This document shows, piece after piece, positions 42,060 through 51,314 of a stretch of 64,000 nucleotides of DNA. Positions within the stretch are counted from its first letter, which is position 1. Every line of letters starts with the position of its first letter. The position numbers and the translations under genes were made by a program. The notes under the pieces are model-generated. The model did no database searches, had not been told where the DNA came from, and saw only the letters and a list, made by a program, of their open reading frames with translations. Source of the DNA: an uncultured Chloroflexia bacterium (GTDB lineage: Bacteria; Chloroflexota; Limnocylindria; QHBO01). The stretch spans positions 1,954,508 to 2,018,507 of the forward strand of contig CAWGTN010000002.1 in assembly GCA_963825525.1 (NCBI GenBank), written 5' to 3'.

Positions 42060-42185
42060 GGGACCAGCAGCCACTGAGTGGCTGGATTTCCCAGCCGCGA
42101 GCCATAAACGGCCAGCATCCCGCCTCGCGGTTGGCCATCCGTCCCATCCACGAGGCAAGTCGGCCACTTATTGGCCGATAGTCCC
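42060..42185 (+). repeat. 126-bp palindromic element, copy E (divergent)
   Basis: GGGACCAGCAGCCA-CTGAG-TGGCTG...CGGCCA-CTTAT-TGGCCGATAGTCCC; same length as the other four copies. Confidence 0.75.
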
Positions 42186-42252
42186 CGCCGCGGGGAATCG
42201 AGGGGACCCGCGGCGGACCGCCAAGGGGTAGCTCCGTCGCTACCATCAACCC

Positions 42253-42685
42253 ATGAGCTTTGTCCCGGACGACTTCGCAGTGCCCCTGGCCTTTGAGGGT
42301 CCCGGATTCCGCATGGAACCCCTGGGACCCAAGCACAACGAACGAGACCACGATGCGTGGATGTCGAGCATCGACCACATCCGACAGACCCCGGACTTCC
42401 CTGACGGCTCCTGGCCAACAGCCATGACGCTCGAATCAAACCTCGCCGACCTTGTCCGACATGCCAACGACTTTGAGAATCGCGTGGGGTTCACCTACTC
42501 GATCCTCGACGGCGACGACGTGATCGGCTGCCTCTACATCTATCCGTCGCGGAGCGCGGACGCATCGGTGAGCTCATGGGTGCGAGCCAGCCGCGCGGAG
42601 ATGGACGTCGTGACCTGGCGAGGCCATCTCGGCCTGGCTCGAGACCGACTGGCCGTTCACCACCGTCGAATACGGGGCTCGCTGA
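42253..42685 (+). CDS. GNAT-like (RimJ/RimL-type) protein; frameshift ~42620
   Basis: LGPKHNERDHDAWMSS, GFTYSIL, IGCLYIYP, SWVRAS; alternate frame ends ...AWLETDWPFTTVEYGAR*. Confidence 0.7.
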
Positions 42686-42884
42686 CTTCTCCTGTTGGCC
42701 GCTCGGATGTTGGGCACCACGCCCGATGCCACGGCGGTCTCGGGTGCGAGCCGATCGACACGAACAATCCGGCGAGAACCCTTCGCCCCGGGTTGGCGGG
42801 CGCGGCCAGCGAAGCGGGTAGAGTGGGGTGCGGAGTCCCTCGTCTCCGGCCAGCGATCGACCCCCGTCACGACAGGAGCCGACC

Positions 42885-43505
42885 ATGACCGAGAAGCTCA
42901 TCCAGGACGCCCTGATCATCTGGGCTGTCATCGATCCGATCGGCACGATGGCGCTCTTCACGGGCCTCACCGCCGGACTCTCGCCGGCCGCCCGGACCCG
43001 CACCGCCGTCAAGGCGATCCTCTACGCGGCGGCCGTGCTCGTCGGGTCGATCGTGGTCGGGCAGCTGATCCTCACCGCGATGGGAATCCAGCTCATCTCC
43101 TTCCAGGTCGCGGGCGGCCTGATCCTGTTCCTGTTCGGCCTGCAGATGATCTTCCGCTCGGAGTCCCCCTCGCCGGCCCCCGGAGAGCCGGAGCCCGAGC
43201 ACGACATCGCCGTGTTCCCGCTCGCCATCCCGGCGACCGCCACGCCCGGCGCCATCCTGGCGGTGATCCTCCTCACGGATAACCACGTCCATCCGATCGG
43301 CGTGCAGCTCGGCACAACGCTGGTCACGCTCGCGATCCTGGGGGTGACTCTGCTCCTGATGCTGCTCTCAGGCCGGATCATCCGGGTGATCGGCCTGGCC
43401 GGCGCCTCGATCCTGACCCGGGTGATGGGCATGATCCTGGCGGCTCTCTCCGTGGAGCTGGTGATGAACGCGCTGGGCGTCGAGCGGTGGCTCGGGGCGC
43501 TGTAG
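42885..43505 (+). CDS. MarC family membrane protein
   Basis: IDPIG, FQVAGGLILF, IAVFPLAIP..ATPGA, RVMGMILAAL. Confidence 0.9.
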   Translation: MTEKLIQDALIIWAVIDPIGTMALFTGLTAGLSPAARTRTAVKAILYAAAVLVGSIVVGQLILTAMGIQLISFQVAGGLILFLFGLQMIFRSESPSPAPGEPEPEHDIAVFPLAIPATATPGAILAVILLTDNHVHPIGVQLGTTLVTLAILGVTLLLMLLSGRIIRVIGLAGASILTRVMGMILAALSVELVMNALGVERWLGAL

Positions 43506-43568
43506 GTTCTGCATTGCGCTCGCCGTACAATCCGCTCGCTTCCGTCCCCGAATGTGGAGGATGACCCG

Positions 43569-44771
43569 ATGACCGCGGACCGCAGCGCAGCGCCCTGGGC
43601 GACCACCGCCCGCGACCTCTATCTCGTGGCCATGGCCGTGTTCCTGGTCACGATCGTCATCGGCATCCTCAACGGCGCCGATGCGGTCGAGTTCGACCGG
43701 AACCAGCTCCTGACCCACGTGCACTCCGGCACCGTCGGCTGGCTGAGCCTGACCATCGTGGCCTCGACGTTCCTGCTGCTGCGGGCCGCCGATCGGCGGC
43801 TGATGCTGACCCTGGCGGTCCTCGTCCCGGTCTACGTGGTTGCGTTCTACACCGGAAACCTGCCGTTCCGCGCCATCGCCGGCACCGCGCTGCTGGCCGC
43901 GATCGCCTGGCTCCTGTATTGGGCGTGGATGGCGTATCTGGCGGGCGAGCGAACCCTACCCCGGCTCGCCGTCGTGCTCGGCCTGACGTCCTTCGGGTAC
44001 GGTGCCGTTGTCGGTGTCCTCATCCAGGTTGGGCTTGCGCTGGAGCTCGTGATCCTGCCCGGCGACACGGTCGGCGCCCACGCCTCGGCGATGACGTTCG
44101 GTTATCTCGTGCTGTGCGCGATGGGGCTCATCGAGTGGCAGCTCCTCGGCACCCGCGGCCTTCCCGCACTCGGGCTGGTGCAGGTGGCGGCCCTGTTCAT
44201 CGGCGGACTGATCATCTCGATCTCACTCCTGCTCGGCATCGAGCAGGCGGGCGGTGGGATCTACCTGCTGACCCAGCTCGTGGCGGTCGTCATCTTCATC
44301 ATCCGCGTCTGGCCGCGAGCCATGCGCACGGATTGGGCAGGCGCCGATCCCGCGCGCCACTTCGCCGTCGCCTCGATCTGGGCAGTCGCGGCGCTCATCC
44401 TGTTCATGTACATCGTGTTCACGTTCATCACCGCCGCCGATCCGGAGAACGCGTTGCCGTTCAACGTCCTCTTCGCCAGCGACCACGCGGTGTACATCGG
44501 CGTGATCACGAACATCGTGCTCGGGTTGCTCTCCGTCCTGTTCCTGCGCGGCCGCGCGCCGGGGTGGGTGGCGCAGGTCATCTTCTGGGGCGTCAACCTG
44601 GGGCTGGCGGTGTTCGTGGTAGGGCTGATCGTCGATACCGCCGAGATCAAGCGCATCGGCGCACCGGTCATGGGAGTGACGCTGCTGCTGGCGTTGGCGC
44701 TCCTGGCGGCGCGAACGTGGGGTACGACGCCGGACGCGGGGAGGCTCGAGGGTCCTGCGGCTGAGGCATGA
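43569..44771 (+). CDS. Hypothetical 12-TM membrane protein with periodic His motifs
   Basis: About 12 hydrophobic helices; THVHSGTVGW, AHASAMTFG, SDHAVYIG. Confidence 0.7.
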   Translation: MTADRSAAPWATTARDLYLVAMAVFLVTIVIGILNGADAVEFDRNQLLTHVHSGTVGWLSLTIVASTFLLLRAADRRLMLTLAVLVPVYVVAFYTGNLPFRAIAGTALLAAIAWLLYWAWMAYLAGERTLPRLAVVLGLTSFGYGAVVGVLIQVGLALELVILPGDTVGAHASAMTFGYLVLCAMGLIEWQLLGTRGLPALGLVQVAALFIGGLIISISLLLGIEQAGGGIYLLTQLVAVVIFIIRVWPRAMRTDWAGADPARHFAVASIWAVAALILFMYIVFTFITAADPENALPFNVLFASDHAVYIGVITNIVLGLLSVLFLRGRAPGWVAQVIFWGVNLGLAVFVVGLIVDTAEIKRIGAPVMGVTLLLALALLAARTWGTTPDAGRLEGPAAEA

Positions 44772-46342
44772 GAGGTGACATGCGTGTTCGTCAGCCGGAC
44801 GAAACCGGCGAGATAGTTCGCGATGGGGTGCGGATCGCCTGGGAGGCCTACGGAAGCGGTCCGGCAACGATCCTCATCCTGCCCACATGGTCCGTGCTCG
44901 ATGCCGATCATGGCCGGTTCCAGCTGATCGACCTCGCCCGACGCTACCGAGTCATCACGTTCGACCCGCGCGGCAACGGTGGTTCGGATCGTCCCCGGGG
45001 CCGAGCCGCCTACGCCGGCCGGGAGTTCGTGGCGGACGCCGTGGCCGTGCTGGACGCCACGACGACGGAGAAGGCGATCGTGGTCGCTTGCTCGATCGCC
45101 ACCCACTGGCTGCTCCAGCTCGCGGCCGAGCACCCAGACCGTGTCCTGGGCGCCGTGGCCAGCGGCACGAACCTTCCCCTCGCGCCGGGTCACGATCGCC
45201 CGGAGATCGGCCCGTTCGACGAGCCGTACCGCTCACCCGATGGCTGGGCCAAGTTCAACGCCGCGTACTGGCGTGACGACTATTCCGGGTTCCTGCGTTT
45301 CTTCTTCGCGCAGGTCTGGACCGAGCCGCACTCGGAGCGGCTCATCGATGTCTGCATGGCCACCGGGCTCGGAGTCGCGCCGGACACGCTGATCGACACC
45401 GTGGGTGCCAACCCGATGACCGAGGACGAGGCGATTGAACTCGTGCGCCGGACTCGCTGCCCGTGGCTCGTCATTCACGGCGAGGGCGACGAGCTCCAGC
45501 CCCACGCTCGTGCCGAGCGACTCGCCGAGGTGTCCGGCGGCAGCCTGGTGACCTTCGCGGGAGCGGGCCACTGCTCAGGCAACCGCGATCCGGTGCGCTT
45601 CAACCTGCTCGTTCGGGAGTTCGCCGAGGAGCTGCTCGGATGGCGCCCGAGGCGATCCGTGTGGACGAGAGCGACGGGCCGGCCGCGTCGCGTCGTCATG
45701 GTGCCGGGAACCCGCGCGGCGCTCGAGCGGGATCGGCGCATCGCGGCGGAGCTGCGCCAGCGCCGATCCGATCTCGAGGTCGAGTGGCTGGTCGGCGCGC
45801 CGCTCGCCTCGCTCCTGACCGACGCCGGCGAGGCCGTCCACCCGGCGGCGGTCGACATGCCCGCCGTGCCCGACGAGGCGCCCTCCGATCGTTTCGACGC
45901 CTGGCGCGACGCGGATGAGCGCCAGTTCCTGTCGTTCATGATCCTGCTCGACATCGCCCGGGAGCGTCCCGTCGACCTGGTGATCGCCGACGCCGCGTGG
46001 GGGATCGACCATCACCTCCACGAGAACCCCGAGCTGAAGGGCTGGGCCTACGCCTGGCTCGGGGACGCCGATGCGGTCGCCTGGCACCCCGAGCCCGACG
46101 CCGATGACCGTCGCCGCCACCTCATGGCCGATGCGAACGCCGAGATGGTCGAGCAGGCGCAGCGCTATCCGCGCATTCGCGACCGATCGATCCTATTCGG
46201 CTCGATCGACGAAGTTCCCGACGCCCCGCTCGGACCGGCGCTGCCAACGGCGCGCGACTGGGCGGCCAGACGGTTCGTCTTCGAGGACGCGACGGATCAG
46301 GCGCCGTCTCTCGTCGCCGAACGGCTCGCCCAGCTTCTCTGA
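44768..46342 (+). CDS. Alpha/beta hydrolase fused to a truncated glycosyltransferase-like domain
   Basis: FDPRGNGGSDRP, IHGEGD, GAGH; C-terminal HENPELK, NAEMVEQ..RYPRIRDR. Confidence 0.7.
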   Translation: MRGDMRVRQPDETGEIVRDGVRIAWEAYGSGPATILILPTWSVLDADHGRFQLIDLARRYRVITFDPRGNGGSDRPRGRAAYAGREFVADAVAVLDATTTEKAIVVACSIATHWLLQLAAEHPDRVLGAVASGTNLPLAPGHDRPEIGPFDEPYRSPDGWAKFNAAYWRDDYSGFLRFFFAQVWTEPHSERLIDVCMATGLGVAPDTLIDTVGANPMTEDEAIELVRRTRCPWLVIHGEGDELQPHARAERLAEVSGGSLVTFAGAGHCSGNRDPVRFNLLVREFAEELLGWRPRRSVWTRATGRPRRVVMVPGTRAALERDRRIAAELRQRRSDLEVEWLVGAPLASLLTDAGEAVHPAAVDMPAVPDEAPSDRFDAWRDADERQFLSFMILLDIARERPVDLVIADAAWGIDHHLHENPELKGWAYAWLGDADAVAWHPEPDADDRRRHLMADANAEMVEQAQRYPRIRDRSILFGSIDEVPDAPLGPALPTARDWAARRFVFEDATDQAPSLVAERLAQLL

Positions 46343-46458
46343 GCCACGGACGGCCAGGCCCAGGTTGACGCCTCAGAAGATCTCATGCGCCACCGAGGAG
46401 GGGGCGAGGGCCGCCTGAGTTTGTTGGCCGGGCGCCGCGCCAGTCCTCGTCCGCCGGT

Positions 46459-46584
46459 GGGAGTATCGGCCACTTAGTGGCCGGAATTCCCAGGAACGAA
46501 CCAGGAATGGCCGATGTCGGCCGCCCCGCCTGGCGGTTGGTCCCCGCAGCGAGCCAAATGGGCCACTGCCTGGCCGATACTCCC
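46459..46584 (+). repeat. 126-bp palindromic element, copy A
   Basis: Perfect 14-bp terminal inverted repeat GGGAGTATCGGCCA / TGGCCGATACTCCC; about 10 mismatches to copy B, with homology extending ~35 bp leftwards. Confidence 0.9.
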
Positions 46585-46617
46585 CGGGGCGTACCAGCCC
46601 GGCGGCGGGCGGGCACC

Positions 46618-47943
46618 TCAGTCAACGGGCAGGGGCTGCCAGATCGTCTCGAACATCGTGGCCGAGACCCGGTGAAGGTCGGTTCCGTCTGGCCGTATCG
46701 CGAGCACGCCCGACGCCTCCGCGTTGCCATCAACCTCGGCGCCGAACGCGATCCACTCGCCGTCGGGCGACCACGTCGGCGACGCCCATCCGTAGACGCA
46801 GCAGCCCGATGCGTAGGTGCGCATTGGACGCTCTCCGTCCAACCCGACCGTCCACAGCTCCAGCGTCGAACCCTCGCCGCCCGCTCCGGGCGTGGTGACG
46901 AACGCGACCGTGGAGGAGTCCGGCGACCAGGTCGGGAACAACGGACCCTCGGAGGTCGGCCCGGACGCCAGCAGGCGTGGGCCCGTGCCGTCCGCGCGAA
47001 CGGCCCAGATCTCGTGCGTCCCCTCATCCGGGGCCGCCGAAGCTCCCATCGGATTTCCTCCGCGCTCCTGGAACACGATCCACGTTCCGTCGGGCGACCA
47101 TTGCGGGCCCACCCCGTCCACCATGCCGTAGAGCAATCTCGGTTCCGGTTCGTCGCCTGGCCCACGGTCGGCGATGCCGCTCACATCGACGACGTGGAGC
47201 CCTGATCGACCGCCGAGCAGCGGAATCACGATCCGGCCACCGTCTGGCGAGAACGCAGGCGCCCCGGGTGTCCCGGACAGCTCGATCCGATGGGAGTCGC
47301 CGGAGTCCACCTCGACCACGATCAGTGAGTGGACGAAGTCGGGGTCCTCGTACGTCTGGGTGACGAATGCCAACAGCGAGCCGGCGGGTGAGATGTCGAG
47401 ATTGAGGCACCACATCCCCGGACACGGCTCCACGAGGCGTCGCTCGCCCGTCTTTGCCTCGTAGATCCACGCGCCGGACTCGGCGGTCGCCTCCGGTCCG
47501 AGCGGCCTGTCGCATCCGCTGCAGGCCGGCGCCATCAGGTATGCCATGCGCGCACCGTCAGACGACCAGGCGGCGTTCACAAGGAACATGTCCTCACCGG
47601 CGGCGCAGGCGGCCGATTCGGCCACGATCTCCTCGACCGCCCCGGTCTCGCGATCGACACCGACGACCCGGCCACAGCCATCCTGGCCGACGATCAGGCC
47701 GTTCGCGCGTTCCACGCTGGCCGGCGAGGGCTCCGGCCGGGTGAACCACGTCCCGACGGTGATCGTCGCCGCCAGTGCCATCAGGATGAGCGCCGCCGCG
47801 ATCAGCATCCAGCCCGCGCTGGAGGAGCGCCGCGCGGCGACATCGGCCTCCGCCGCCCGCCCGACGGCCTCGTTCCACAGGTCCGGTGCGTCGATGTATT
47901 CGAGGCGTCGGAAGCGCGCGCCGAGATCATCCATGGTGCTCAC
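46618..47943 (-). CDS. Putative anti-sigma factor with TM helix and TolB/PD40 beta-propeller
   Basis: Short N-terminus (DAPDLW), TM helix, repeated WSPDG/FSPDG; overlaps the ECF sigma stop. Confidence 0.75.
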   Translation of the reverse strand: MSTMDDLGARFRRLEYIDAPDLWNEAVGRAAEADVAARRSSSAGWMLIAAALILMALAATITVGTWFTRPEPSPASVERANGLIVGQDGCGRVVGVDRETGAVEEIVAESAACAAGEDMFLVNAAWSSDGARMAYLMAPACSGCDRPLGPEATAESGAWIYEAKTGERRLVEPCPGMWCLNLDISPAGSLLAFVTQTYEDPDFVHSLIVVEVDSGDSHRIELSGTPGAPAFSPDGGRIVIPLLGGRSGLHVVDVSGIADRGPGDEPEPRLLYGMVDGVGPQWSPDGTWIVFQERGGNPMGASAAPDEGTHEIWAVRADGTGPRLLASGPTSEGPLFPTWSPDSSTVAFVTTPGAGGEGSTLELWTVGLDGERPMRTYASGCCVYGWASPTWSPDGEWIAFGAEVDGNAEASGVLAIRPDGTDLHRVSATMFETIWQPLPVD

Positions 47944-48406
47944 CCAACAGCTCCTTCAGCCGCTTTCGGCCACGACTCAGGTTCGCCCTCACCGAGAGCT
48001 GTGACATGCCGGTCCGACGCGAGATCTCGCGCACGGACGCATCGGCGTAGTAGTGCAGGACCACGGCGGCGCGCTGGCCATCTGACAGGTGCGCCAGCGC
48101 CCAGAGCAGCTCGGTATCGACCTCCGGGTCGTAGTACGCGCTGTCCGGGATGAGGTCGACGGTGCGCGATCGACGCTTCAGCTCACCGGACGCGATCCGG
48201 AAGCCGGACTTCCAGACCCACGCCCGCGGGTCGCGGATCGCCGGGCCGCGGCGGATGGCCTGGGCGAACGCCTCGGCTACGGCGTCGCTGGCGATCTCGG
48301 CGTCGGCGGAAAAGGCGAACAGCGAGCGCCACAGCTTGTCGGCCTCGTGCCGATAGACCGCCTCGATCGTGTCGGCGACGCTCGCCGTGGCTGCCATCGA
48401 TTCCAT
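47927..48406 (-). CDS. ECF RNA polymerase sigma factor
   Basis: ASDAVAEAF, PRAWV, LSDGQRAAVVLHYYAD.SVREI, LSRGRKRL. Confidence 0.9.
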   Translation of the reverse strand: MESMAATASVADTIEAVYRHEADKLWRSLFAFSADAEIASDAVAEAFAQAIRRGPAIRDPRAWVWKSGFRIASGELKRRSRTVDLIPDSAYYDPEVDTELLWALAHLSDGQRAAVVLHYYADASVREISRRTGMSQLSVRANLSRGRKRLKELLGEHHG

Positions 48407-48412
48407 CTGCCC

Positions 48413-48506
48413 TACAGGGAGCGAATCGGCCCAAAAGGTGACAGATTCGGCCGTCGCGGTCGAGCGGAATTTGGGGTGTCACCTTTTCGTGAATCGGGTC
48501 CCTGTA
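48413..48506. promoter_or_regulatory. Back-to-back ECF promoters TGTCACCTTTT-N11/12-TCCCTGTA
   Basis: Minus-strand copy 48443-48413 faces the sigma gene; plus-strand copy 48477-48506 faces the small repeat protein. Confidence 0.8.
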
Positions 48507-48548
48507 CTGGGTGGAGGGTGATCCACACCACTCGAAGGAGAGGCACCG

Positions 48549-48812
48549 ATGATCCAGTCACATCCGCACACCACCGTCAGCCGCGGCCCCATCCTGGGCC
48601 TGATCCTCACCGTCGGACTCGCCGCCGGCTTCATCGCGGGCCAGGCCTCGCCGGGCGTCCTCGATGGTCTGTTCAGGACGTCGGTCCAGGTCGAGCAGGC
48701 TGCCCCCCGGGGGCCGGCGCTGACCGAGGTCGACGACTACGGAACCCGTCACGCCGGCCAGCCGGTCCTGACCCAGGTCGACGACTACGGAACCCGTCAC
48801 GCGGCCCCCTAG
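48549..48812 (+). CDS. Small exported/membrane protein with duplicated LTxVDDYGTRHA motif
   Basis: AAGGAG SD, hydrophobic helix, 35-nt repeat at 48720-48754 and 48768-48802. Confidence 0.7.
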   Translation: MIQSHPHTTVSRGPILGLILTVGLAAGFIAGQASPGVLDGLFRTSVQVEQAAPRGPALTEVDDYGTRHAGQPVLTQVDDYGTRHAAP

Positions 48813-48869
48813 GCATCCACATCACCGATTGGGGCTCATCCCCGCACGTTTGAATGAGGAGAACAACGG

Positions 48870-49802
48870 ATGTCCGTCCTGAACGCGACTCGACTCGCCC
48901 GGTTCCTGCGACCGCTCGTCATCCTCGTGCTGATCGCCGCCCCGGCGACCGTCAGCGCGAAGAACTTCTCGGCCTGGAGCCTGGCGGTCCCCGAGACAGC
49001 CATCAACGATCCCGGCTTCCCCGATGGCTGTCCCATCGAGGCACCGAATGGCCTGAGCATCTACTTCGCCTCGACCCGCACGCCGAATACGGGCAACACG
49101 GGGCTCAACGACATCTGGATGGCGGAACGCAGCAGCGTGAACGCCCCCTGGTCGGCCCCGCAGGCGCTGCCGGAGCCGGTCAACTCGGCCGCGGCTGACT
49201 TCTGCCCGACACCACTGACCGGCAAGCGCCTGTTCTTCGTGTCGGACCGCGTGATTTCCGGCGTTTCCTGCGGCGCGGGCGACATGTACCGCACCCGCAA
49301 CAACCCGGCGCACGGCTGGGAGGCGCCGATCAACCTTGGCTGCAGCTCGACGGGTGCCGGCCCGAATTCATCGGGTCCGGAGTTCAGCCCGTCGATCGTG
49401 GAGACGAGTGGTGGGACGCTGCTCTTCTACTCCGGCCCTGGGGCGGCCGGCGGCCAGGACATCTACGTGAGCGTGCAGCGCGCCAACGGCACCTTCGCCC
49501 CGGGCACCCCGGTGACGGAGCTCAACACGGGATCCAACGATCAGATGCCGAACGTCAGCCGCGACGGGCTCGAGATCGTCTTCAGCTCCGACCGCAGTGG
49601 CGGCATCGGCGGGATGGATGTGTACTCGTCCACCCGTGCCAGCACCAGCGACCCGTGGTCGGCGCCGGTCAACCTCGGGAGCAACGTGAACACCGGCGCC
49701 TCCGAGACCAGGGCCTCACTCTCGGGTGACGGCGAGCGCCTGCACTTTGGCAGGAGCGGGGAGATCTACGTCAGCGAGCGAACCAAGGTCACGGGGAACT
49801 GA
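48870..49802 (+). CDS. Secreted PD40/WD40-like beta-propeller protein
   Basis: GAGGAG SD, signal peptide, repeated IYFASTR/LFFVSDR/IVFSSDR blades, WSAPVNLG. Confidence 0.8.
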   Translation: MSVLNATRLARFLRPLVILVLIAAPATVSAKNFSAWSLAVPETAINDPGFPDGCPIEAPNGLSIYFASTRTPNTGNTGLNDIWMAERSSVNAPWSAPQALPEPVNSAAADFCPTPLTGKRLFFVSDRVISGVSCGAGDMYRTRNNPAHGWEAPINLGCSSTGAGPNSSGPEFSPSIVETSGGTLLFYSGPGAAGGQDIYVSVQRANGTFAPGTPVTELNTGSNDQMPNVSRDGLEIVFSSDRSGGIGGMDVYSSTRASTSDPWSAPVNLGSNVNTGASETRASLSGDGERLHFGRSGEIYVSERTKVTGN

Positions 49803-49907
49803 GCGTCCTTCGTTGCCCAGCGCATCGGCCGCCTCCGGGCGGTCGGTGCGTGTGCGTGTTCCTTGGGCCGGGCGCCGCAGCCAGTCCTCGCCCTCTCGTC
49901 CGCCGGT

Positions 49908-50033
49908 GGGAGTATCGGCCACTCATTGGCCGGAATTCCCAGGGACGAACCAGGAATGGCCAATGTGCGCCGCCGCGCCTGGCGGTTGGTCCCCGCAGCG
50001 AGCCAATTCGGCCACTGCTTGGCCGATACTCCC
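49908..50033 (+). repeat. 126-bp palindromic element, copy B
   Basis: Perfect 14-bp terminal inverted repeat; end hairpins CGGCCA-N5-TGGCCG. Confidence 0.9.
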
Positions 50034-50061
50034 CAGGGTGGATCAGTGAATCCGCGGACGC

Positions 50062-50706
50062 TCAGAACAGGAGCCGCTCCTCGGTCTCCGCCAGCCACTG
50101 CTCGAATCGCTCGGGCGTCCAGCCGCGTTGCTCAACCAGCAGCCGATACGTCTCCGGGCTCGCGATCGCGTACAGGATGTCGGCCGCCTCCTCCGGCTCC
50201 AGTCCCGGCCGGAGTCCATCGGCTCCCGCGACGAGGGCGAGGAGGCGAGCCTGACCTTCACGCCGCTGCCGGCGCATCTCGTTCGACAGCGCGCGGATCT
50301 CCGGGTCGGTGGCGCCCGCCGCGTCGACCACCGCGTCGACGGCCGCGCGCCGTTCAAGGATCCGCCGTCCGCCCGCCGCCAACATCCGGATTCGCTGGTG
50401 CCGATCGGGCTCGGCAGCCAGGTCCGCGACCCAATCACGGTCGGCGATTGGGACCGGCTCGTCGTCACCGGCGATCGACACGTCGACCAGCTCCTTGAGC
50501 ACGGTCCGCTTGTTCCCGAAGGCCGCGTACACGGTCGCCACCGAGACCGACGCCCGATCGGCAATCCCCTGGAGCGTGGTGGCCCCGTATCCGTGCTGCA
50601 CGAACAGCGCGTGCGCCGCCTCGAGGATGGCGAGCCGGGTCGTGCGGGCCTGCTCCTGCCGCTGGGGCGATTCGTATCGGCGCCGGGCCTTGACGTCGTC
50701 TGTCAT
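50062..50706 (-). CDS. TetR family regulator
   Basis: RRYESPQR, ILEAAHALFVQHGYGATT, IADRASVSVATVYAAFGNK. Confidence 0.92.
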   Translation of the reverse strand: MTDDVKARRRYESPQRQEQARTTRLAILEAAHALFVQHGYGATTLQGIADRASVSVATVYAAFGNKRTVLKELVDVSIAGDDEPVPIADRDWVADLAAEPDRHQRIRMLAAGGRRILERRAAVDAVVDAAGATDPEIRALSNEMRRQRREGQARLLALVAGADGLRPGLEPEEAADILYAIASPETYRLLVEQRGWTPERFEQWLAETEERLLF

Positions 50707-50751
50707 TTCGGTATAGTACCGCTAGGTTGGATATAGCGTCACTATACCGAA
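50707..50751. promoter_or_regulatory. TetR operator / divergent promoter, inverted repeat TTCGGTATAGT...ACTATACCGAA
   Basis: 11-bp perfect outer arms plus inner CGCTA/TAGCG, between tetR and the divergent gene. Confidence 0.75.
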
Positions 50752-50765
50752 TAGGAGATTTGTCG

Positions 50766-51056
50766 ATGCATACGATCCGGATCGAGCACCTCACCGCCGA
50801 TTACGACGCCTGGAAGGCCGCCTTCGACAGCGATCCGGTCGGCCGCGAGCGCGGTGGCGTCCGCGCTTACCGCGTGGGACGGGCGGCCGACAACCCGGCC
50901 TACGTCGTCATTGATCTCGACTTCGACGACGAAGGTCGCGCGCTGGCCTTCCGCGGCGCCCTCGAGGCGATGTGGCAGATGCCGCTGGCCCGCTCGGTCC
51001 TGGGCGGCGCGCCCCAAGCTCGCCTGGTGGAGCAGGTCGAGGCCCACGCGTACTGA
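50766..51056 (+). CDS. Small dimeric alpha+beta barrel-like protein
   Basis: AGGAGA SD; IEH..DYDAWKAAFD..R..GV...VVIDLDF pattern. Confidence 0.7.
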   Translation: MHTIRIEHLTADYDAWKAAFDSDPVGRERGGVRAYRVGRAADNPAYVVIDLDFDDEGRALAFRGALEAMWQMPLARSVLGGAPQARLVEQVEAHAY

Positions 51057-51068
51057 GCCGGCTCACGG

Positions 51069-51125
51069 TCCGCCCGTCCGCCCGCTTGCCGGCCCGCCCG
51101 CCCGCTTGCCGGCCCGTCCGCCCGT
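51069..51125 (+). repeat. Short tandem repeat (20-nt unit cgcccgcttgccggcccgyc) abutting element C
   Basis: ccgcccgtccgcccgcttgccggcccgcccgcccgcttgccggcccgtccgcccgt. Confidence 0.7.
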
Positions 51126-51251
51126 GGGAGTAATGGCCACTCATTGGCCGGACTTCCCAGGGGCGGAGCAGTCGCAGCCAAGGTGGGCCCCCGCGCCTGG
51201 CCGCTGGTCCCAACGGCGAGCCAATTCGGCCATTGCCTGGCCGATACTCCC
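51126..51251 (+). repeat. 126-bp palindromic element, copy C
   Basis: GGGAGTAATGGCCA-CTCAT-TGGCCG...CGGCCA-TTGCC-TGGCCGATACTCCC. Confidence 0.9.
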
Positions 51252-51314
51252 CACAGCGGACCAGTAAGCCGCCGATGACCGCGCGGTAAGGCCCCGACGG
51301 GCACCTTGCCCCGC

